Shown here: in pieces, positions 20,201 through 27,884 of the stretch
Numbering within the stretch: position 1 is the stretch's first letter
Layout: each line of letters opens with the position of its first letter
Source: Patescibacteria group bacterium
GTDB taxonomy: Bacteria > Patescibacteriota > Patescibacteriia > CAIXNZ01
Length of the DNA stretch: 64,000 bases
Direction: 5' to 3'
Assembly: GCA_028714455.1 (NCBI GenBank)
Contig: JAQTMG010000001.1
Span: forward strand, 128,568 to 192,567
Translations under genes and position numbers: made by a program
Notes under the pieces: model-generated
Told to the model about the DNA's origin: nothing
The model's input: the letters and a program-made list of their open reading frames with translations, nothing else
Database searches by the model: none

Positions 20201-20635
20201 ATGTCAAACCGCCACCTTTCCCGCACTCTTGCCATGCAGACTTTATATGAGTGGGATTTTAACGGCCAAAAAGAAAAAGATTTAAAAAATCTTCTGGTTT
20301 ATAATCTCGCGGAATTCGCGCCCGGTTTTGATGACAAGGATTTCGCGCAGAACTTGGTGGAGGGCGTGGTAAAAAATATCAAGGAGATTGATGAACTCAT
20401 AAAAAAATATGCGACCGAATGGCCGCTGGAGCAGATTACGGTCGTTGACAGAAACATTTTGAGAATAGGGGTTTATGAATTGAAGATGGATCCGGAGATT
20501 CCTTCCAAGGTGGCGATCAACGAGGCGATTGAAGTGGCTAAGGCCTTTGGCGGTGAATCATCGGGTAAATTCGTGAACGGTGTTTTGGGAGCCATTTACA
20601 AAGAGATGGAAACCAATGGACAGATTAAGGAATAA
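20201..20635 (+). CDS. nusB: Transcription antitermination factor NusB
   Basis: [42 protein letters not shown]. Confidence 0.96.
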   Translation: MSNRHLSRTLAMQTLYEWDFNGQKEKDLKNLLVYNLAEFAPGFDDKDFAQNLVEGVVKNIKEIDELIKKYATEWPLEQITVVDRNILRIGVYELKMDPEIPSKVAINEAIEVAKAFGGESSGKFVNGVLGAIYKEMETNGQIKE

Positions 20636-20708
20636 TTTATTTGGCTCGGAGCCTTGAGCTTAGAGCGTAGAGCTCTTAGCCCATAGCCCCAAGCCCAAAG
20701 CTAATATT

Positions 20709-21401
20709 ATGAGAGATTTTTCCAAGCTGGAAAAAAAATTAAAAGTGAAATTTGAAAATAAGGATCTGATCAGACAGGCCGTTGTTCACCGCTCATATTT
20801 AAACGAGCATCCGGAGTTTGAATTGCCGCATAATGAGCGCTTGGAATTTTTAGGCGATGCCGTTCTGGAGCTGGTCGTCACCGAATATTTATACAAAAAT
20901 TATCCCAACCCGGAAGGTGAATTGACCAACTGGCGCGCGGCCATGGTTAACGCCAAGATGCTCTCGGAAATTGCCAAGGATTTGAACATTGAAGATTTTC
21001 TGTATTTAAGCAAGGGCGAGGCTAAGGACGTAAATTCCAAGGCCCGCCAGATAATTTTGGCCAATGCCATGGAGGCAATCATCGGCGCCATTTATTTGGA
21101 TAAGGATTACGAAGCCGCCAAAAAAATGATTAAAGCGGAGGTAATTGTTAAACTGCCGGGAATTTTAAAACACAAACTTTATCAAGATCCCAAGAGCCGC
21201 TTTCAGGAAATCGCCCAGGACAGGGTCGGGGTAACACCATCATATAAAGTGATCGAAGAGTCGGGGCCAGACCACGCCAAGCACTTCGTGGTCGGAGTAT
21301 TTTTAAAGAAAGAGCTGGTAGCCAAGGGCGAAGGTACTAGCAAACAAGAAGCACAGGTGGCCGCGGCAGCCGAAGGGCTGAAAGCAAAAAATTGGGAATA
21401 A
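20709..21401 (+). CDS. rnc: Ribonuclease III
   Basis: HNERLEFLGDAVL signature plus dsRBD (DPKSRFQE). Confidence 0.97.
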   Translation: MRDFSKLEKKLKVKFENKDLIRQAVVHRSYLNEHPEFELPHNERLEFLGDAVLELVVTEYLYKNYPNPEGELTNWRAAMVNAKMLSEIAKDLNIEDFLYLSKGEAKDVNSKARQIILANAMEAIIGAIYLDKDYEAAKKMIKAEVIVKLPGILKHKLYQDPKSRFQEIAQDRVGVTPSYKVIEESGPDHAKHFVVGVFLKKELVAKGEGTSKQEAQVAAAAEGLKAKNWE

Positions 21402-21424
21402 AAAAATCGGCTCGTATAAAATAC

Positions 21425-21452
21425 GTAGAGACGCGGTGCACCGCGTCTCTAC
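21425..21452. repeat. GTAG-type REP palindrome
   Basis: Perfect 28-bp palindrome GTAGAGACGCGGTGCACCGCGTCTCTAC, identical to 55729-55756. Confidence 0.85.
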
Positions 21453-21476
21453 ATTTTTTAAAAATGTGCCGATTTT

Positions 21477-21836
21477 TTATTTATTCTGGTCAATCAATAT
21501 CTGCCAGCCGCGAATGGATCCGCGGTTTTTATATTGTTCTGGCGTCTCGCCCTCAAATTCAATTTCCCAGCGGCAAAATTGCGTTTCGGTAATTTTTAAT
21601 TCCAGATAGGTTGGTATATTAATTTCGGGCAATTCAATCTTCATGCCGATTCTGGCAATTTTGCCCATCACTTTTGTCGAATAATCTTCTACAATTTTCT
21701 CCTCAAAATTTTTCACCCTGGTTCTTTGGCTGCCAGTATATTCATCAATGGCGTGATAAGAATTGATAATCTTTGCCTGCTTGATAATATCCGAGGCTTC
21801 TTGGTTTGTTAAAACGCAACGAAATTCTTGTTTCAT
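21477..21836 (-). CDS. Hypothetical protein, possibly a reduced CYTH-like fold
   Basis: N-terminal QEFR, RTRVK and WEIEFE motifs resemble CYTH. Confidence 0.55.
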   Translation of the reverse strand: MKQEFRCVLTNQEASDIIKQAKIINSYHAIDEYTGSQRTRVKNFEEKIVEDYSTKVMGKIARIGMKIELPEINIPTYLELKITETQFCRWEIEFEGETPEQYKNRGSIRGWQILIDQNK

Positions 21837-21998
21837 ATATAATAAATATACAAATTTTTTGCGAATTATACAATAATTTTTTATGTTTAAGATTGACAGA
21901 ATTTTAAAAATGAGTTAATTTTCTATCAATCGTATTCACGGCAGGTCCGAGTTCGTATAGGTGTACGAATAGGGTAGGCCACAAAAAAGGAGGACCAA

Positions 21999-22613
21999 AT
22001 GGTCAGGGAGAAGAGCGATTTTTTGAGTTCTTTCGGTATCGTATTTGAAATTTGGAAAAAGATCGTCAACGCCGTGCAGGACATTGGCGGCACCGACGAT
22101 GATTTGCGCGGCATTCTTACCGAAGACGGTCTGGCCCAGAAATTGGCTGATGTTCTTATGTCGAGTTTACAGATCACCGGACCGTTTGAGACAAAGATCA
22201 ATTATAACCGGTCGCTGGTTGAACTAATCGAAGCCGGCAAATATGACGGCGTTGACCCGGAAATCAATGATCAAAATTTTCCGGTAGTGGGCAATGGCGA
22301 GCATGAAGTGAAATTGTTTTGTGTTCATTTTAAAAAAAGCTGTACAACAGAGGAAGTCTTGGCCTATTTAGTTCAGCATGCCTTACAACCGGCCAAGATC
22401 GAACATCTGCTTGCCGTTGGCGAAACGCACGGGCAAGCCAAGCGTCTTTTGCCCAAACTTATCGCGCTGGGTACTAGCTGGATTGATAGTGAGGGTAGTA
22501 GATTTTTTGTGGGTTTGCAAACTCTGCATGAAGTTTGTAATCTGCGCCTTGCCCTGAATTTTAGTGCCTGGCGCAAAGATTGTTACTTCCTGGCTGTGCG
22601 CGAAGCCGCGTGA
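21999..22613 (+). CDS. Hypothetical protein of a CPR family resembling DGR-type ligand-binding targets
   Basis: SD AAGGAGG; C-terminus ALGTSW...W....YFLAVR. Confidence 0.6.
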   Translation: MVREKSDFLSSFGIVFEIWKKIVNAVQDIGGTDDDLRGILTEDGLAQKLADVLMSSLQITGPFETKINYNRSLVELIEAGKYDGVDPEINDQNFPVVGNGEHEVKLFCVHFKKSCTTEEVLAYLVQHALQPAKIEHLLAVGETHGQAKRLLPKLIALGTSWIDSEGSRFFVGLQTLHEVCNLRLALNFSAWRKDCYFLAVREAA

Positions 22614-22680
22614 ATTATAAATCCCCGTCAACATTCTGGCGGGGATTTTCTTTTGAACACTAAATTTTTTATCACTAATT

Positions 22681-23178
22681 TCACGAATTTGATTTATTAG
22701 TGTTATTCGTGTTTAAAGATTCGTGTTTCAGATATCCGTTGTTCTCATCAAAGAAAAATCTGTATTTGATTTCTTTGCCGGCCAAGGCGTCGGGTAACCA
22801 GTAAATATCGTCTGGCCACATTTTGTCCAGAGGAATTTTATCAATATCCCACCACTGCGGCAATGATTCTTCGCTCTCGCGCATCCTACCGGTAAAATTT
22901 TTGGAGAGAAAAATATGGCAGACCTGATTATTTTCAGGTTTGTGCGGCCAAATAAATTCAATAAACCCAAGATTTTGTAAATTAGCTGGCGTGTAGCCGG
23001 TTTCTTCTTCAACTTCGCGGATAGCGGCTTGTTCTGGGGTTTCGTTTTGTTTTATTTTGCCGCCTGGTCCGTTCCATTTGCCAGCGCCAAAACCGCGCTT
23101 TTTCATAATCAAAAGTACCTGATTTTTATTATTGAGAAGATAACAAAGATTAACAATGTAATTAAATTTGTAGTCCAT
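22681..23178 (-). CDS. NUDIX hydrolase (8-oxo-dGTP diphosphatase, NUDT1-like)
   Basis: KKRGFGAGKWNGPGGK...AAIREVEEETG, MWPDD. Confidence 0.93.
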   Translation of the reverse strand: MDYKFNYIVNLCYLLNNKNQVLLIMKKRGFGAGKWNGPGGKIKQNETPEQAAIREVEEETGYTPANLQNLGFIEFIWPHKPENNQVCHIFLSKNFTGRMRESEESLPQWWDIDKIPLDKMWPDDIYWLPDALAGKEIKYRFFFDENNGYLKHESLNTNNTNKSNS

Positions 23179-23236
23179 ATAGATTTAGTGTAAAGAAAAA
23201 ATCCGCCCCAGTAAAGAGCGGATTTTATTTTTTTGA

Positions 23237-23875
23237 CTATGCTTTGATTTCAGCCAGAGCGACTTTCAAAGTAAAGCGAGAAATTTTCAGTTTTTTTCTC
23301 AATGCCCTGATAGTGGAAGTAGAGACCTGACAGCATTCGGCAATAACAGTGTCTTGCATTCGTCCCAAAAACGGCGTGACTTTGCTTTTCCAATCATGAA
23401 TTTCCTGAAAAGGATAATCAATGTTGTTTTTGGCAAAGGCACTTTTCAGTCCACCGTGGTGAACAATTGCCGAGCGATAGACTGCCGGCTCTTTTTTGGA
23501 AATTTCTTGCGGAGAAAGATGCTGCAGCCCTTCCATTTTATGAAGAGTTTGGCAGTCGCAGAAAAAAGGCAGTTCAACTTCTGTGCCGTGACCGAAGCAG
23601 ATGATGGTCGGCTGGAAGCGGTGACCGCATCCAGAACAAGTCGTGTCAAAGTCATTGATGTCGTGGCTAAAGCCCCTAATAATCTCGGTTGGAGTCAATT
23701 CGCGACCGCAAGCTGGGCAATGAGCCTTTGGCTGGTAACGTTCGCCACCCAGTTGTTCCACGAGTTCGAGCCGAAGAGACAACTGCTGAGATTGGATAGC
23801 ACTTTGTTGCAATGTCAGTGATGTTGCCAGCTTTTTCGTTTGGCGCAAGCTCTGACTTAATCCTAGTCCTATCAT
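23237..23875 (-). CDS. Zinc-ribbon protein with C-terminal HTH
   Basis: CPAC, CSGC, CDC motifs; DTVIAECCQVSTSTIRALRKKLKI. Confidence 0.7.
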   Translation of the reverse strand: MIGLGLSQSLRQTKKLATSLTLQQSAIQSQQLSLRLELVEQLGGERYQPKAHCPACGRELTPTEIIRGFSHDINDFDTTCSGCGHRFQPTIICFGHGTEVELPFFCDCQTLHKMEGLQHLSPQEISKKEPAVYRSAIVHHGGLKSAFAKNNIDYPFQEIHDWKSKVTPFLGRMQDTVIAECCQVSTSTIRALRKKLKISRFTLKVALAEIKA

Positions 23876-24027
23876 TTTTTCCTCCTTTAGTTTTTTGTTT
23901 AAAGTACATTTGTCTTAATATGTTAAATCCTGGCTAGGGAATTGTCGCTTTTTCAATAACTAAGATTATCATTTATTATCGTTTTTGTCAATATTAAAAA
24001 AACCGCTCAATTTGCGAGCGGCTTTTT

Positions 24028-24114
24028 TTATCTGGCGAGTTGTTTTGCTTTTCTCAAACGCCATTTCAACTTTGGCAAATGAATGCCTTTGGTTATTTTC
24101 TTTCCCTTAGCCAT
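24028..24114 (-). CDS. 28-aa highly basic peptide
   Basis: MAKGKKITKGIHLPKLKWRLRKAKQLAR*, followed directly by a terminator (23996-24027). Confidence 0.55.
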   Translation of the reverse strand: MAKGKKITKGIHLPKLKWRLRKAKQLAR

Positions 24115-24136
24115 AATATTTTTTAAAATTATTTAA

Positions 24137-24778
24137 TTAGATTATTAATACAATGCCTTGATCACCGTCCATTTTTATTTGAATCCGCTGCCCGTGTTTT
24201 ATCCTTTCAGTCGCATTGCCAGTCCCGACGATGCAGGGGATGTCAAACTCTCGAGCCAGGATGGCCGGGTGAGAAGCGGCACTGCCGTGATCAGTGATGA
24301 CGGCTTTGATCTTTTTGAAAAATGAAGCGTGCGACGGCTTTAAAAATTTAGTGACCAGAATCTGGCCATCAATTTTTTCCAGATTTTTTGCCTCGGGGTC
24401 CAAAAAAGCCTCGCCCATCATCTCGCCGCCATTTCCGATAATCCCAGTTAGAATTTTATCATCGTCTCCAGTAAGTGATTTGCGCCAGTCGACCTTCTGC
24501 CAATTTTCCAGTGCCGAACTTATCGCCTGATTCAAGTCGATGCCTCGCAAAAGAGAGCAGGCTACCAGTTGGACAAAAATTTGTCCATAAGACATTGCCT
24601 CATCGTTCTTGCTGCCATGCGGCCTGGCGCTTGGGTTTAAATTTTGATCGTGCGTTACATATTTTGCCGCATCACCAATTTCCGAAAGCAATATGTTTAA
24701 TCTAAATTCAATATCCTGACGGTCTTCGCCGACCATCAACTTTTTGATTTCTTCCGCGATATGATTTATTGAATCCAT
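24137..24778 (-). CDS. MazG-like NTP pyrophosphatase fused to a PEP-utilising phosphohistidine (swivel) domain
   Basis: LLSEIGDAAKY (MazG-like); AVITDHGSAASHPAILAREFDIPCIVGTGNAT (PEP-utiliser). Confidence 0.75.
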   Translation of the reverse strand: MDSINHIAEEIKKLMVGEDRQDIEFRLNILLSEIGDAAKYVTHDQNLNPSARPHGSKNDEAMSYGQIFVQLVACSLLRGIDLNQAISSALENWQKVDWRKSLTGDDDKILTGIIGNGGEMMGEAFLDPEAKNLEKIDGQILVTKFLKPSHASFFKKIKAVITDHGSAASHPAILAREFDIPCIVGTGNATERIKHGQRIQIKMDGDQGIVLII

Positions 24779-25290
24779 TTGGGCGCTAGTGAACGACGTT
24801 AGAACTAAAAGGGGGGACGCGAGAATGAAAATGTTTGCTAAAGAGCACATGGCACCAGATCTGGAGAACATTAAATTTTTCTTCTCAGACACTCAAAATC
24901 ATTTCCACATTCCTGACCTTGAGAAAATAAAAGGGGGAACGTAAAATGTTTATAACTCCACGATTAGTAAGTCTACAAAATTTAATGCCACTGCCAATGC
25001 AGGTTCTTGTCAGATCTGCATTCAGGAGAATCTTCTTTAGTTTCTAGGTTTAGAATTGTCCTTCGATTGCTTTCGTTGGTGCAAAGATCGTTGCGATTCA
25101 GCGATCGCCTTGAAAAGGTTGACCAGATTAATCCCCATGTCCCAAGCTTCTTGATCGGAAAGCTCTATGTCCAGTTCTTTTTTGCAGATTTGTTTGAGTT
25201 CGTCTATGGCTTCTTGCGTTAGCCCCATATAAATCAATTATATTTGTCTAGGCGGTAAGATTCAATCTTAAGGATACATACTGTGGACAA
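24779..25290. mobile_element. 512-bp mini integrative element, copy 1
   Basis: Bounded by ttgggcgc, the tRNA-Lys 3' end core; about 7 substitutions relative to copy 2. Confidence 0.75.
25037..25228 (-). CDS. Small helical protein (copy 1), putative recombinase-associated factor
   Basis: MGLTQEAIDELKQICKKELDIELSDQEAWDMGINLVNLFK. Confidence 0.7.
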   Translation of the reverse strand: MGLTQEAIDELKQICKKELDIELSDQEAWDMGINLVNLFKAIAESQRSLHQRKQSKDNSKPRN

Positions 25291-25802
25291 TTGGGCGCTA
25301 GTGAACGACGTTAGAACTAAAAGGGGGGACGCGAGAATGAAAATGTTTGCCAAAGAGCGCATGGCACCAGATCTGGAGAGCATTAAATTTTTCTTCTCAG
25401 ACACTCAAAATCATTTCCACATTCCTGACCTTGAGAAAACAAAAGGGGGAACGTAAAATGTTTATAACTCCACGATTAGTAAGTCTACAAAATTTAATGC
25501 CACTGCCAATGCAGGTTCTTGTCAGATCTGCATTCAGGAGAATCTTCTTTAGTTTCTAGGCTTAGAATTGTCCTTCGATTGCTTTTGTTGGTGCAAAGAT
25601 CGTTGCGATTCAGCGACCGCCTTGAAAAGGTTGACCAGATTAATCCCCATGTCCCAAGCTTCTTGATCGGAAAGCTCTATGTCCAGTTCTTTTTTGCAGA
25701 TTTGTTTGAGTTCGTCTATGGCTTCTTGCGTTAGCCCCATATAAATCAATTATATTTGTCTAGGCGGTAAGATTCAATCTTAAGGATACATACTGTGGAC
25801 AA
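25291..25802. mobile_element. 512-bp mini integrative element, copy 2
   Basis: Exact 512-bp periodicity of ttgggcgc at 24779, 25291 and 25803. Confidence 0.75.
25549..25740 (-). CDS. Small helical protein (copy 2)
   Basis: Two amino-acid differences from copy 1. Confidence 0.7.
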   Translation of the reverse strand: MGLTQEAIDELKQICKKELDIELSDQEAWDMGINLVNLFKAVAESQRSLHQQKQSKDNSKPRN

Positions 25803-25803
25803 T

Positions 25804-25880
25804 TGGGCGCAGCAGGACTCGAACCTGCGACCGTTTGCTTAAGAGGCAACCCCGAAGGGGCCCCCTTGGGGCTGCTCTAC
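25804..25880 (-). pseudogene. 5'-truncated tRNA-Lys(CTT) with a 22-bp palindrome inserted
   Basis: GTAGAGCAG[ccccaagggggccccttcgggg]TTGCCTCTTAAGCAAACGGTCGCAGGTTCGAGTCCTGCTGCGCCCA; 5' acceptor strand missing. Confidence 0.8.
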
Positions 25881-25894
25881 TAAAAACTAATAAG

Positions 25895-26194
25895 TTAATA
25901 TTTTTTAATTTTTATCGGCAATTTATCTTTTGGGGTATTTTTGATCAATTCGGTTATTTTTATTTTTTCCTGGTATCCATCGGGATGTTTCAGATAAAAT
26001 TCTCTTTTAAAAGCTAAATTTTTATCATTATAAATTTCGTAATACATTAAAACAAAAGGAATACGATATCGAGTTGACTTTACTTTTCCTTTATTATGAT
26101 ATTTCAATAACCTTTCTTGCGGCTTGCCAGAAGTACAGCCGATATAAAATTCATTATCTCTTAAACTTAATAGAAAGTAAACAAAGTATTCCAT
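25895..26194 (-). CDS. Small GIY-YIG nuclease (UPF0213-like)
   Basis: YFVYFL...FYIGCT....RL...HN.G...ST....P..LMYYE......A..RE.YLK. Confidence 0.9.
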   Translation of the reverse strand: MEYFVYFLLSLRDNEFYIGCTSGKPQERLLKYHNKGKVKSTRYRIPFVLMYYEIYNDKNLAFKREFYLKHPDGYQEKIKITELIKNTPKDKLPIKIKKY

Positions 26195-26195
26195 A

Positions 26196-26269
26196 TGACC
26201 CGGCTGGGATTCGAACCCAGGACCTATTGCTTAAGAGGCAACCGCTCTAGCCAACTGAGCTACCGGGTC
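26196..26269 (-). tRNA. tRNA-Lys(CTT)
   Basis: GACCCGG/CCGGGTC acceptor stem, CT-CTT-AA loop, GTTCGAA T-loop. Confidence 0.95.
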
Positions 26270-26279
26270 TGATTCTTAT

Positions 26280-26353
26280 TGCACCCAGAAGGAGTCGAAC
26301 CCTCAACCTCTTGGTTCGAAGCCAAGCACTCTATCCAGTTGAGCTATGGGTGC
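26280..26353 (-). tRNA. tRNA-Arg(TCG)
   Basis: GCACCCA/TGGGTGC acceptor stem, CT-TCG-AA loop, GTTCGAC T-loop. Confidence 0.95.
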
Positions 26354-26365
26354 GCGTTTGAATTT

Positions 26366-26424
26366 AGCACTCCAGTTGCCTGCCCGCCGAAGCTTTAGCG
26401 CAGGCGGGAGCTATGGGTGCGCGT
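26366..26424 (-). pseudogene. Duplicated tRNA-Arg 5' fragment interrupted by a ~30-bp hairpin
   Basis: agcactccagttg[cctgcccgccgaagctttagcgcaggcggg]agctatgggtgcgcgt versus tRNA tccagttgagctatgggtgcgcgt. Confidence 0.8.
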
Positions 26425-26533
26425 GATTTGCCTAAAGATATTGAAATTTTAACATAAAAAAGTTTTTTAGTCAATCTCGGCAAGTCGCAAAAACATTATT
26501 TTTCTGCTATAATAAAATAAATTGATTGGGGGT

Positions 26534-27091
26534 ATGATAATAACAACTTTAATTGTTCTACAATATATATTTTTCATAGGCACCCTGGCAATAATGGGCT
26601 ATCTGGCTTTCATTATGTTGAGTTTTAGAAACATGGTGCCGTACGTGCCGACTCCAAAGAGAATTATCTTGAAAATGATTGAGTTGGCGGGCATAAAACC
26701 ACACGAAAGAGTTTGTGATTTGGGATCGGGCACGGGCAGGATTGTTATTCAGATCGCTAAAGAGCATAAAGAAAATTTAGTGGTGGGTATTGAAAAATCT
26801 TTTTTTCTCCGGCTTTTCACGAGGATCAGATTACTTTTTCATCCATTTATAAATAGAAGGATCCAGATTATTAATCAGGATTTTTTTAATATGGAAATTT
26901 TTGATTTCGAAGTGATCTTTTGTTTCTTGACTTCCGAGGCGATGAGGCGACTAACTCCAAAATTTAATAATCTAAAATCTGGTGGCAGAGTTATCTCGTA
27001 TATGTTTCCGATTGAGAACGCCTCTGCTTTCCGAGAGATAACAGAAGCGGTTACGGCGAGCGACAATATATACGTCTATCAAAAAATATAA
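26534..27091 (+). CDS. Class I SAM-dependent methyltransferase with N-terminal TM
   Basis: VPYVPT, DLGSGTGR, VISYMF motifs. Confidence 0.88.
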   Translation: MIITTLIVLQYIFFIGTLAIMGYLAFIMLSFRNMVPYVPTPKRIILKMIELAGIKPHERVCDLGSGTGRIVIQIAKEHKENLVVGIEKSFFLRLFTRIRLLFHPFINRRIQIINQDFFNMEIFDFEVIFCFLTSEAMRRLTPKFNNLKSGGRVISYMFPIENASAFREITEAVTASDNIYVYQKI

Positions 27092-27110
27092 AATAAATTA
27101 AAACAAAAAT

Positions 27111-27884
27111 ATGCTCCTAGCCAAAAATCTTCAGGACCTAGGCTTGACCGAAAAAGAAGCTCGGTTGTATGTCGCGCTTTCAGAAATGGGAGAGGCGACA
27201 CCGCAGCAGCTTGCGCTCAAGTCCGGGATTAATAGGGCGACGGCCTATGTCACGCTTGACGGCCTTTTGCACAGAGGTCTGGTGAATACCTTGATAAAAC
27301 AAAAAAAAGCGCATTTTTCGATTGAAAGTCCGGCCCAGATCATCAACCTGTTGGAAAAAGAAAGAAAGCAGATCGAAAATAAAATAAATTTGGCGCAAGT
27401 TCTGATGCCCGAGCTGGATATGCTTAATAAGTTGACCACCGAAAGGACGAACGTTAAATTTTTTGAAGGGAAAAGCGGAGTCTTGTTCGTGCAGAAAGAA
27501 ATCGCCAGATCCAAGGCGAAAAAAATCGATGAGATTTTCAATTTAAATATCTGTCTGGATTTTTTTCCGACCAAGCCGAATGATCACAGAAAAACGCTCT
27601 ATCACCGTAAAATTAAAACGAGGTCGATTATAGTTTATGATTCAAGGGAACCGATACTTAAGTTACCATTGCTTTGGCAAGAAGAGCGGCGCTATCTGCC
27701 TTGTGATAAATTTCCATTTTATTCAGACATAGTTTTTTATAGAGACAAAGCCGCTATACTTTCTCTCAAAGATAATTTTGTCGGAGTGATTATCGGCAAC
27801 AAAGCCATAGTCGATGGGTTAAAGACGTTGTTTGAGCTCGCCTGGCAGGGAGCCGAGCCGTATAAAATAGAATTAAGCGAATGA
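27111..27884 (+). CDS. TrmB-family transcriptional regulator
   Basis: LGLTEKEARLY...INRATAY HTH; KFFEGKSG; FELAW. Confidence 0.9.
   Translation: MLLAKNLQDLGLTEKEARLYVALSEMGEATPQQLALKSGINRATAYVTLDGLLHRGLVNTLIKQKKAHFSIESPAQIINLLEKERKQIENKINLAQVLMPELDMLNKLTTERTNVKFFEGKSGVLFVQKEIARSKAKKIDEIFNLNICLDFFPTKPNDHRKTLYHRKIKTRSIIVYDSREPILKLPLLWQEERRYLPCDKFPFYSDIVFYRDKAAILSLKDNFVGVIIGNKAIVDGLKTLFELAWQGAEPYKIELSE

Noticed and set aside
24779-24892. 38-aa N-terminal extension of ORF 24137..24892
   Set aside because: It lies inside the 512-bp repeat unit; the domain-bearing protein starts at ATG 24778.
25804-26269. Intron-split tRNA-Lys encoding the GIY-YIG
   Set aside because: The upstream tRNA-Lys is complete on its own, and its acceptor stem (GACCCGG) does not pair with the remnant's 3' strand (TGCGCCC).
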